This document shows positions 27,201 through 38,680 of a DNA stretch of 64,000 nt, one piece after another. This stretch comes from Prorocentrum cordatum. Lineage: Eukaryota. Made by a program: the position numbers and the translations under genes. The notes beneath the pieces were generated by a model. That model ran no database searches and was not told where the DNA came from. It saw only the letters and a list, made by a program, of their open reading frames with translations. Numbering within the stretch: the stretch's first letter is position 1; every line of letters starts with the position of its first letter. The stretch is taken from the NCBI GenBank assembly GCA_963575745.1, contig CAUYUJ010000101.1:1-64000 (forward strand), read 5' to 3'.

Positions 27201-28334
27201 GAAGGGGCTCCACCCAAAGGACAATGTGTCGCTAACCTTGTCTGCTGTGCCTGCTGGTGGTGGAGCCTGCAACGCAGCCAAGTCGAATTCGTCGTCAGCT
27301 TGATCGATTATGTGCTTTCGTATCGAGTGACCGACGGCAGTTGATGTCAGGCCGCTGCCGTGGAGTCGCTCTTCGCCACGCTCTGTCTTCCTTGTGGGCT
27401 GCGGCTTCTTTGGCCCGCTGGCTGTGGCAGAGCGGGAGTGTCGTCTGGCTACGCTGAGGCCAGTCTCGACCTTGGGTGGGCACGCGGTGGAGCTGGAGGC
27501 CACTGGCAGCGTCGTCAGGTGTTTGATCGTCGGCGGGTGCTTTCGTATGTGAGTGACCGACCTCAGTGCGGATTTTGGCCGCGGAGGGTGGGCGCTGCTC
27601 TTCGCCGTGCTCACAGGTCGACTTTGTGGGCAGCGGCATGATAGAGCCCTGGCTTTGGGCACGAGCGGGAGTGTCGGCTCCTTTGAGGCCCGTCTGGCCC
27701 TCTCTCAGGGGGCGGGCACATGGTGGAGCTGGATGTGTCCTGCTGCGTCGTCAGGTGCCTGATCGACGACGCGTGCCTCGATGTCGCTGTGCCCTACGCC
27801 TTCCTCGCGGGCATCGGCTTCAGTATGGCCCGCGTGGCTCCCTGTGGGGGAGAGCGGGAGCGTCGCCGTCTGCTACGCTGATGGCCCGCCTGGCCCCTCC
27901 TGGGGGCGGGCCCACGGTGGAGCTGGAGGAAGACGCCCACCTCGTCCTCGGCTGAGGACGCGGCCGCCTCGGCCGTCCCGCCAGCTGTTCGTTTCGACGG
28001 ACGGTTGCGCCAGGCCTCGTTCCTCGTTCCTCCTCCTCTTCCTCCTCCTCCTCCTCCTCCTCGTCCTCCTCCTCCTCATCCTCCTCCTCCACCACCTCTT
28101 CCCCCTCCTCCTCCTGAGGGCAACGGGCGGATGCGGGGGAGAAGAGGAGGAGAAAGAAGCGGAAGAATTAGACGCAGAGGAAGCGCCAGAAAGCCCCGGG
28201 GGAATACCTGGAGGCCCCAGGGGTGGCCAAAGGGGAGGCGAAGGGGGGAGAAAGAAGAAGAAGAAGAAGAAAAAGACGAGGAGCGTACGATGAGGAGGGG
28301 GAGAGGGAAAAAGTATAAGGATCATGATAGTAAA

Positions 28335-29950
<1,616 letters not shown>

Positions 29951-31785
29951 AGCAGAATCATTGGTCATGATATGCTCATGAGGATGGTGGTGGCACGTGG
30001 CGTTGGGGCCCGAGGACGCCGCGCGTCATCGACGCATGCATCTGGCGCGGTCTTGGCATGGCGGACGTGCCGCCGCCACCCTGGCGCGGTTTACTGCCAG
30101 ATCGGCGCGGCCAAGTGGCCCCGCGTTGCAGTCGCGCAGAGGTCGCGCGAAAGGAAATCTTCCCGCGCGAATCTCCAATAAACCCAGCTACGGCAGGCTC
30201 ATGTCATGCCGACGTCGGTGTTGGTTTCTGACACTGCGGGGATCGTTCAACCCTTGAACGATCGGCCCTTTCCGAAACGTCACATCGTTCAACATCGACT
30301 GCTTCTGGGTCGCCAACGGCGTTCCCCGTTGAATGCTGGCGGCGGGGTCGCCGCGGGTCGACGCGACGCGAACCTACCGCAAGGCCCTTGCAGGACCCTG
30401 TTACAGAGGAGAGCTGCAAGACGGTGCTCTTCACTTCGGGGTGGACAATCCCCATGACTAGCTGGCTGGGCGTTGCGAGAGTACCCACCTGCTGCGTGGG
30501 AGCGGCCGGTATCTCTGCAGGGTTCGCGCGGTCGGCGCCGCAGTGGGGAAGCGGTCGGTGACGCCGGAGAGGGAGCGGTCGGTGCCGCTGCCAGGAGGCA
30601 GGATCACCAGAAAGAATCTCGAGCACCAGGGAAGCATCGAAACTGGAGGGTTTTCACGTGTCGACCCCTTGGAGGCGATACTCGCTCGGCACTTCGCCAG
30701 CGTGTCGTGCAGGCGCTGCTTCGATAACTCTTCTCTGGGTGCTCTAAATTATGTTTTGGATGTGGCCCTTAAGCACGATGGGAACAACATAGGTCTGGGA
30801 GTGCGCCCGCCGCCGCCAGACCTCCGTCGCAGACCCGACGTCACAATTGTTTCATGACGTCGACCCCCAGCGGTCGGGACCCGTTCCCCTGGACCGGCTT
30901 CTCGTCCTGAGTCGTGTCTTTGTTGACGGTCCCGAGAGCCAGAAGGGCCCCCTGAGGCACAAAATGACAAACAAAAAAAAAAAAGAAAAACCACCCCCAA
31001 AAAAATCGTCATGACTTTTGTCATGGCCCCAGGGGCCCAGGGGGTCTGGGGTGGGGGCCCAGTCCTGGCCGAGACGGCTGCTGCAATCACGGCCCCTCGT
31101 GGGGCCGAGGCCGCCCCCCCAACAAAAAACGCCCAGACCGAAAAAGAGAGCACCTCGTCGAAATCGGAGCTCTGCGCCACGGCTCGCCGCCAAGGCCGGC
31201 CACGGCGACGGCAAAACCGAAAGCCGACCTGCCCAACAGCAAAGCCGAAACCGACCGAATTCAATGCGAAGGATATGTCGACCCCTATATCCCAGGCGTC
31301 GTGGGGTTCTCGGATGGACCAAGAGGTTGGGGCCCAACCCATGCGAGGGGGGGCCTCCATTCTCGATTGGGGTGCGTCCGAGTAATTAGCCCCCCTGAGG
31401 TTGTTCCTCTCCTGTTCTTGGCCACTTCGTTTTTCGTCGGAAGAAATCGGGGGTTGGGATAGAAACATCGCCAGCGACGACAGGCCGCAAGTCGCCAAGA
31501 AGGGCGCAGCGACGCAGCTACGACACCACAACCGACCGAACCAAACCCGCAAGGGCCTGGGGCCCGGGGGGCAACGAGGTACCGACACCGCCGGTCCACG
31601 GACCTCCTCCAGGAGTGCGCCCTCTGACCAGAACTGCGAGGAGAATTCAGTCGCGGTGGACGAGCAGCGGTGTGGGCACCCCCAGACCCCCGACGTCTTG
31701 GGGGAGGAGGAGGAGGAGGAGGAGGAGGAGGAGGAGGAGGAGGAGGAGGAGGCGGAGCGTAGCTGAAGGAGTCCCACGTCCCACC

Positions 31786-34700
31786 CTACACATATCTGCA
31801 CTGCCCTCCCTGCCTCTCTCCTTGCGAGAGCACGCAGCAGGGGCCTTCACGAAGGGAAACTTCACCAGCCAGGGGGCCTGAGAGGGAGGCCTGCTCCTCG
31901 GCAGACAACACCTTGATCGCAGCGTAGTTGCGAGGCATGTCGTAATCCACGAATTGGAAGAGGGTGAGGTGGGGCGGGGACGAGGCGTCATCAGAGCGAG
32001 GGGAACGAGGGGGGAGATGAGTCGACTTCGACGGCGCCTGGGTTTGAGGCCCGCCAGCATATAATGCCTGCTCTTCGGCAGTGATTGCCCTGACCCTACT
32101 AGGGTCGCGGGGCATCTCATAATCAATGAAACGAAATTCGATGAGCTCGTCCTCCCGACCGAGTCCGAGCGAGGAGGGGGGAGCCTGAGGGATCGGCGAG
32201 AGAGGTGGGTGAGGCGACACCAGCCATGGAAGACCTATCGCTTCAGAGCCCCGAGCCTCACACGATGGGCCGTCCTCCTCGGGGTCTCCGCGGGCCGCCT
32301 CGATGGACTCACGAAGGGTGGGACGACGAAGAAGTGCCAGCTGCTGTCGTCCACGGAGAGGGAGCCTCAGAGCGATCTGCGCGGCAGGGACGAGCTCCAT
32401 CGCCCTCATGTATGTTGGTGGGGAGCTGTGCCGTGCCGCCATCAGCCGGTAGTGGTGGTAGCAAGCGATGAGAGCGGCAGGAGTCGGCCCCCCCAACCCG
32501 AGTCGATGCCGAATCTTACCTGGAAGATCTTCTCGAAGAGCGAGGGCGCCGAAGTGTAGACACCGATGGCACTCCATTAAATAATGTCGCATAGTATCTG
32601 GGCCGCCACAACCATAGATACACCACGCCTCACGTTGCATACGTGGGTGAGTGATCCAACCCCCTAAGTACGACCTCACACATATGAAGGCCCAAGATGC
32701 GGGCATTAGCTGCAATTGGCTGATTACCGAAGGCCAGCACACATCCCGAATACCAAAGTGCTTCTGCACGCGGGCGGAGAGCAGCTCTGGAAGTCTGTCA
32801 GGGAAGACTGCACGATGGAAGATGTCGGTGAATGCCGCCTGCCACTTGGGAGCTCGGGAACGTGGCAGTCCTTGTCCCTCAGCTGGCTCCGGAACTCTAC
32901 GGGCGAGGCTCCATGGGAGCGGACAAGGATTGGGTTCAGCTCGGAAGAACTCGACCACCTCTGCTGGGACTGACGACTCGCCGCCTTCCCATAGACTCAA
33001 TGCCATTCGCCCTCCCTCTTTCAGCACTTGGGACGAAGGGAAGCCCTTCGCTGCCTCTTCTAAGCGGCAGGCAAAAGGTGGTGCCCTCCAGAAGCTCGGG
33101 GCCAAGACGTCACTGGCGGCTTGGGAGAACGTGCCGTATTTCCAGAGGAGATCCCGATGTCGCTGCAGCTGCTCGCGCCATGTCGAACATGTGATCAGAG
33201 CTGCTCGAAGCCGTGCGGCTGCAGCAACGCAGAAGACAGAGCTGAACTTCGGGCCGTTCACTGTGCTGAGCGCGAAGCAGTCACCAGTCCGAAGCATGCT
33301 AGCAGGTGTGCGCATGATGCGAGCCAGCAGAAAGCGCTGCTGTTGCCCGACCCTCCACGGAAGAGGAACCAGCTGGGCCACGTACGACAGCGTAGAAGCA
33401 GCTCTCTGACGATAAAGAGCGGCAGCCGTGGAGAGAGCTGCACCCTGCGAAGAAATTGCCGTAGCACGAGTGGCATGCTTGAGAACAGGAGTCGCCCATT
33501 GACTATCATCAGTGGCTCCAGGCCCAATCTGAAATCCAAGATATGTACACACTGAAACAATCGCGAAGTCTGCCCAGGCGGGGTCGGCCCCCACAAGTTG
33601 GTGTCGAAGTAGAGTACCGTGCTCAGGCATAGACGGGTCACGAAGAGGAATCACATTGCATTTGGCAGGCTTAAGTCGTAGCTGAGCAAACCTCGAAGCA
33701 TGTCGAAATACTCGAGCCAAACGTGGATACGCTCTGTTGTGGAAGAGGACTGCCCCGAGATCATCCGCGCATGCACGAACCACACCCAAGAGACGCCCAC
33801 GTGCAACTAGACAGCGTTCTAAGTCCAGAAGGAACGGGTTGCTCGCGATCACATAGAGCGAACCACTCAGCGGACAGCCCTGAAGCACCCCTGAGTTCAT
33901 GTGGTAAAGGTACGTCGGAGAGTCGCCGACGAAGTAGCATGGAGTGCAGTGGTAGAGGGAGCGAAGAGCGCGGACCAGAGGGGCAGGAATACGGAGTCGG
34001 GCGAGACATTGGAATAGCCACTCCTGGGATACCGACGGGAAGGCCTGGGCAAAGTCAAACGCGATCAACGACGGTGCCTGGGAGGACGCTGTAGACATGA
34101 TACTGGCCGATCGAGCGTAGAGGTCCAAATCGACAATATTATCCAGAAAATTTCGCCTCCGAATAAAGCCCCTTTGGGATGGAGCCCCAATCTTCTGCGT
34201 CACCCAGCTCATAGTCTGGTTCAGCACACTGCACACCACTTTATTCGAGGAGTTCTTGAGCCCGAGCGGGCGTGTATCACCAGGGGCCCGTACAACCCCA
34301 CCATCGTCGGGATCAAGGGAAGGGGCCTTGGGGTCCTTCGGGAGGAAGACGGCCAGCAACGCAGTGAAATTGGAGGGCATATAGTTCCCAAGAGCAATCC
34401 AGCGAAGAACTTCGAGAAGGACCCTCGACCCCAAACCACACCTCCAGGCCGCATAGTGAAGCCCATCGGGGCCAGGAGCGGACCAATTCGACTGTTTCAG
34501 CGCACGTTCCACATCTCGAAGGATGGGTGGGCGAACCTCTGAGAAGTCCTCTGAGCTGCTGAATCGGTCTATGTATTTCTTGGCGACAGCGGGGACGGAG
34601 TGGGTCTTGGAGAACACGGGGCCCCAATAAGAGGCCAATGCGTCCACCATCGGGGCTTGGGAGGGAGGTGCATGTTCCGACGTCAGTGGGCCGCCCGCCA

Positions 34701-36372
34701 GCATCTCCGAAACCGAGATCATCTCATTCGCCTTGACCGATGCTAAGTACTTACGCCGACACAACGGATTCCATAGCTGTGCAGACCTAATGATAGCACG
34801 ACGACGCCCAGCCAGCCGAATCCTGACCGTGCTCGACGACGACTGGTTGATCTCTGACTCGAGAGCTTTCCTTCTGGATTCTGCTTCTTGCTGCTGCCAC
34901 AAACTATGGACATCATGGAAGCCACCAGGATCAATGAAGGACACAACCTCACCTTCTACACGTATGAGATTCTGCGTCCATGGGTGCTGGAATAGGAGAA
35001 CTCGGGCAAGACGGGCGTCGTTACGCCAGACACATCGCGCGACAGAACGAGAAATCATAGCCCGAGAGGTCAGTGATGATGGTGCAGCACGGCAGATGGC
35101 ATTGCGTGCAAGGAGCCCAGCAGCTTGTCGGACAGCAGTAGCAGCAGCGAGCATGCGCGGCGGGTCGAAGGCGAGATCCTCTATGCCCACCTGGGATTCC
35201 ATGTGGGAGACTAGCTGAGCGTAAATCTTGTCTTTGTACACCCAACGCGGGAGGGGCCTCTGTCGTTTCGTTCTGGAGTGATCTCGTGGGCGCCAGACGA
35301 CCTCCAGGGGCGAGTGGTCAGAGATACCCCGATGGGCCAACTCATGAGGTTCATCACGGACCGAAACTAGCTGAGCGGTTTGACACAGGAGCCATGGCGG
35401 CGAGGCGACAAAGAGACGATCAATTTTGGACTCGCATGCGGTCGAGGCGTGCCAGTGGGTTGGCGCCTCCGAGGCGAGCTCCGTCATCTCCCTGAAGATC
35501 TTCAGCCAGCTCGAGTCGCCAGGACGGGACGCCCGAGTAGAGCCAACCCGCAAGGTGGAGTCGCCCCGCTGGGCACCATCCGCCTGTACCGAAGCAGGTG
35601 CGGCCTGCCTCCCCTGTGAAGCCCCCATCGCCGCGGCACTGAGGGAGGCTGCGGGTGGTTGGGAGGATGCAGGAGACGAAGCCGAGGAAGAGGACGGACT
35701 CGGAGAACATGGCCCAGAGGGTGGTGTGCAGGTGGCCGGTGTGGTCCTCGATGCCGCCGAACTCGGAGTGCATGTGGCCGTGGGGTTGTGACTTTGCAGG
35801 GCTGAATCCTGCCCCCCACGGCCTGACGAACGTGGCGTACTTGTGTGATCCTCTCCACGATGGTGCTCGATGGGCTTCGCAGGAATGTTGAAGTCGCCCG
35901 TGAGGATCACCGTGCACTTCAGCGGATCATCCCGCACTCGCCGAAGCTGAGATTTTATACATGTTTGGATCTCCTTCAGTCCAGCAGCGTCGATGGCAAA
36001 ATTGTGCACGTTCCAGTGGTAGATGGTGAAGTCAACCGCTGAATTATGGATAGTAACCAGAAGAACCCGACCAGCGACCAAGCTCTTCCCCTTGGCTCGA
36101 ACGCGTGGGTCCTTGGGAACGAGAGTGGCAACGCCTCCAGTCCGCGGCATCCCAGACTCAGAAACGAAGCAGGAATGCGAAGTACAATGAATCCTCTGAA
36201 GAGCTTCCTCCATAGCATATTCACCACCGTGGATCTCCTGTATCGCCACTACTTTGCCAGCACCCAACAGATTGCTCAAGTAGCTGAGTTTCCTGCTCAA
36301 AATCGCTGGTCTGTAGTGTAACAGGGCCCCTGAATTCCAGGTCGTGAAAGCTAAGAATCCCACGCCAAACAT
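31786..36372 (-). CDS. LINE ORF2: APE-like endonuclease + reverse transcriptase + C-terminal CCHC zinc knuckle (1528 aa from ATG 36372)
   Basis: EN motifs: TTWNSG, AIQEIH, GRVLLV, NVHNFA, LTGDFN, SKIDRLFV, ISDHSP. RT motifs: SAPGPDGL, TRPLGLKN, QRGF, FDFAQAFPSV, GVLQGCPLSG, ACADD, YLGF. C-x3-C-x7-H-x4-C at 32569-32622. No stops or frameshifts. The ATG lies 4 nt after the ORF1 stop. Confidence 0.95.
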   Translation of the reverse strand: MFGVGFLAFTTWNSGALLHYRPAILSRKLSYLSNLLGAGKVVAIQEIHGGEYAMEEALQRIHCTSHSCFVSESGMPRTGGVATLVPKDPRVRAKGKSLVAGRVLLVTIHNSAVDFTIYHWNVHNFAIDAAGLKEIQTCIKSQLRRVRDDPLKCTVILTGDFNIPAKPIEHHRGEDHTSTPRSSGRGGQDSALQSHNPTATCTPSSAASRTTPATCTPPSGPCSPSPSSSSASSPASSQPPAASLSAAAMGASQGRQAAPASVQADGAQRGDSTLRVGSTRASRPGDSSWLKIFREMTELASEAPTHWHASTACESKIDRLFVASPPWLLCQTAQLVSVRDEPHELAHRGISDHSPLEVVWRPRDHSRTKRQRPLPRWVYKDKIYAQLVSHMESQVGIEDLAFDPPRMLAAATAVRQAAGLLARNAICRAAPSSLTSRAMISRSVARCVWRNDARLARVLLFQHPWTQNLIRVEGEVVSFIDPGGFHDVHSLWQQQEAESRRKALESEINQSSSSTVRIRLAGRRRAIIRSAQLWNPLCRRKYLASVKANEMISVSEMLAGGPLTSEHAPPSQAPMVDALASYWGPVFSKTHSVPAVAKKYIDRFSSSEDFSEVRPPILRDVERALKQSNWSAPGPDGLHYAAWRCGLGSRVLLEVLRWIALGNYMPSNFTALLAVFLPKDPKAPSLDPDDGGVVRAPGDTRPLGLKNSSNKVVCSVLNQTMSWVTQKIGAPSQRGFIRRRNFLDNIVDLDLYARSASIMSTASSQAPSLIAFDFAQAFPSVSQEWLFQCLARLRIPAPLVRALRSLYHCTPCYFVGDSPTYLYHMNSGVLQGCPLSGSLYVIASNPFLLDLERCLVARGRLLGVVRACADDLGAVLFHNRAYPRLARVFRHASRFAQLRLKPAKCNVIPLRDPSMPEHGTLLRHQLVGADPAWADFAIVSVCTYLGFQIGPGATDDSQWATPVLKHATRATAISSQGAALSTAAALYRQRAASTLSYVAQLVPLPWRVGQQQRFLLARIMRTPASMLRTGDCFALSTVNGPKFSSVFCVAAAARLRAALITCSTWREQLQRHRDLLWKYGTFSQAASDVLAPSFWRAPPFACRLEEAAKGFPSSQVLKEGGRMALSLWEGGESSVPAEVVEFFRAEPNPCPLPWSLARRVPEPAEGQGLPRSRAPKWQAAFTDIFHRAVFPDRLPELLSARVQKHFGIRDVCWPSVISQLQLMPASWAFICVRSYLGGWITHPRMQREAWCIYGCGGPDTMRHYLMECHRCLHFGALALREDLPGKIRHRLGLGGPTPAALIACYHHYRLMAARHSSPPTYMRAMELVPAAQIALRLPLRGRQQLALLRRPTLRESIEAARGDPEEDGPSCEARGSEAIGLPWLVSPHPPLSPIPQAPPSSLGLGREDELIEFRFIDYEMPRDPSRVRAITAEEQALYAGGPQTQAPSKSTHLPPRSPRSDDASSPPHLTLFQFVDYDMPRNYAAIKVLSAEEQASLSGPLAGEVSLREGPCCVLSQGERQGGQCRYV

Positions 36373-36376
36373 CTCG

Positions 36377-37765
36377 TTACCCACTCCACCGTACTTCACG
36401 TGTGTCGAAGACCTGGCGAACCAGCTCATTGGCCTCCTCCCTGGACAAGGAATTGTCGGCAAGTGTAGAGAGGTTCCATTCCACTTTCGGCGTTCTGCTT
36501 GCAGGTAATGGGAGCACTCGCGCCAGGGGCTCCCACTTGGCCATGAGCTGACCATTCTCCTTGTCGAGGAAAGTGCGGATGCCACGGTCGGCGAGACACC
36601 TCTGCAGCTTCTTGCATGCAATCTCTGTGGCAACCATCTTCTTGTTTTTGTCCGCGGAAATGTGGATCGGTACTGATTCAGTGCCCACATCAACGTGGAA
36701 TGCGCGCCATGACCCGTTTGGCAGACGGAGTTGCTGCTGGGCCTGACTCCTTCTCGACGAACGGGTAGCTTCCATGGGGCCTTGAAATGCGAGAGTGAAG
36801 GATTTGGCGACATCATCTCCGTGAAGTTCCACCCCTTCCCCGAGAGGGACATTTGCTTCAGTGAGCCAAGGGGCCAATGCCGCCGCCACAGCGTTCTTAG
36901 CGACGGCTGATGACGCCCGCACAGTGAGGATGGTGAGGTCCACGTCCCTGTCCCATTCTGGATTCGGAACCACAGGAGGACGTGGCTTCGCCTTTGCGAG
37001 GTCCAGCTCTTTCTCCAAATGCGATAGACGATGAGCGAGACCCGCCACGGTGCTGTCGAGAAGGTCCGAACGCGCGCGCTGTGCATGGACCTCCCCATCG
37101 ACACGTCGAAGCTGCTGATTGAAGCGCTCCTCATACTTTTCCATGAGCGGTACTGTGGCCGCGCTGAGTGCGGCAGGAAGCTGAGCCAGGATGGTCTCCA
37201 TCGCCTTCTGTGTGAAGGCCTGCATGGCCTCCGCCTGGAAAGAGTCCACAGATTGGGCAACATTGCTGCCTCCGTCATGCGGTGTGGTTCCATTGGACAT
37301 AGCTGCTGTAGCCCAGGGATCAGGGGCACGGCCTTCAGCGGGGGTGCCAGGAGTCGCCCATGGCCTCGATGCAGGCGGAGTCGGCCATGGTGACGGAGAG
37401 GGCGAGGCCTTCGCACCTCCAGCTGGGACTGGCCCTTCGTCAGCTGGGATGGGGGTGGCGATGCCGTAATGCTGTGTGCCACAAGAGCTGTCGACCATGA
37501 CGGGCGATGCGCCACGGCCAGCACTGCGGGACCGCCGAGAGCCCTCCGCCGATGCGTCACTGGCGGCGGGGAGGTATCGGTCCCGCGTCCGAACGCGATC
37601 ACGTTCACGGACGTCAGGAGCGCCGTGAGAATCCCGAAGATCACGCAGCCGCGCCGGTGGAGAAGAGGCACGTGGAGTGGACGATGCAGAACGTGATGAG
37701 GCCGTCGGCGCCCGTCGCTCCTCCTTGGCCTTGCGGGACTTCCGTTCATGACGACTGCCGCCCAT
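36377..37765 (-). CDS. LINE ORF1 (putative nucleic-acid-binding protein, 462 aa from first ATG)
   Basis: Open frame directly upstream of ORF2. It has an R/S-rich N-terminus, a heptad coiled-coil-like segment (EKYEERFNQQLRRVDGEVHAQRARSDLLDSTVAGLAHRLSHLEKELDLAK) and then a globular alpha/beta-looking region, an architecture reminiscent of L1-type ORF1p (inference). Confidence 0.85.
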   Translation of the reverse strand: MGGSRHERKSRKAKEERRAPTASSRSASSTPRASSPPARLRDLRDSHGAPDVRERDRVRTRDRYLPAASDASAEGSRRSRSAGRGASPVMVDSSCGTQHYGIATPIPADEGPVPAGGAKASPSPSPWPTPPASRPWATPGTPAEGRAPDPWATAAMSNGTTPHDGGSNVAQSVDSFQAEAMQAFTQKAMETILAQLPAALSAATVPLMEKYEERFNQQLRRVDGEVHAQRARSDLLDSTVAGLAHRLSHLEKELDLAKAKPRPPVVPNPEWDRDVDLTILTVRASSAVAKNAVAAALAPWLTEANVPLGEGVELHGDDVAKSFTLAFQGPMEATRSSRRSQAQQQLRLPNGSWRAFHVDVGTESVPIHISADKNKKMVATEIACKKLQRCLADRGIRTFLDKENGQLMAKWEPLARVLPLPASRTPKVEWNLSTLADNSLSREEANELVRQVFDTREVRWSG

Positions 37766-37912
37766 GTGCGCCTGCAAGCACTAAGCGCGGCGAGACTCAA
37801 GACGGCAGCGCGGAGCTCCCCGCCCAGGTCCTGAGAGAGGGTGTCGGGCTGAACAGCCCTGGCACTGCCGCGGACTAGCGGTATCCACTTGTTCCCCTGC
37901 GGAACTCAACAT

Positions 37913-37933
37913 CTTGAGCCAAATGGCTACGGA
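37913..37933 (-). other. Relic dinoflagellate spliced leader (DinoSL)
   Basis: The minus strand reads TCCGTAGCCATTTGGCTCAAG versus canonical DCCGTAGCCATTTTGGCTCAAG (one T fewer). It is immediately followed by ATG and lies exactly at the LINE 5' boundary. Confidence 0.93.
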
Positions 37934-38300
37934 GGAGGAGGAGGAGGAGGAGGAGGCGGAGGAGGAGGAGGAGAAGGAGGCGGAGGAGGAGGAGGAGGAG
38001 GAGGAGGAGGAGGAGGAGGAGGAGGAGGAGGGGAGGAGGAGGGGGGGGAGGAGGCGGAGGAGGAGGAGGAGGAGGAGGAGGAGGACGATGAGGAGAAGGA
38101 GGCGTGGGAAGAGGAGGAGGAAGAAGAGGAGGAGGGGGAGGAGGAGGCGTTTCGTGACGGCCCCGCGGCCCAGCGAGGGGGCCCCCGGGGGCCGAACATG
38201 GAGACAGGCCTCCCGTCGGGATGTTTCATGGCCCGATGGGGTCTGGGCCCCAGACATGCTCGCGTCGCAAAAAAACAAAATATATACATATATATAAGGA

Positions 38301-38680
<380 letters not shown>

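Larger units (their letters stand above)
31758..37933 (-). mobile_element. Apparently full-length non-LTR retrotransposon (LINE, APE+RT type) with 5' relic spliced leader, embedded in a (TCC)n/(GGA)n microsatellite
   Basis: Two consecutive ORFs (ORF1, then EN-RT-CCHC ORF2). Unique sequence ends abruptly at (GGA)n tracts on both sides. The 5' end is an SL-like 21-mer. Only 28 nt separate the ORF2 stop from the 3' repeat tract. Confidence 0.95.

Noticed and set aside
31786..37800. Single 2004-aa protein as listed in the ORF track
   Set aside because: It starts at a non-ATG codon and its first 476 residues are the alternative frame of ORF1. EN motifs begin just after ATG 36372. Kept only as a finding.
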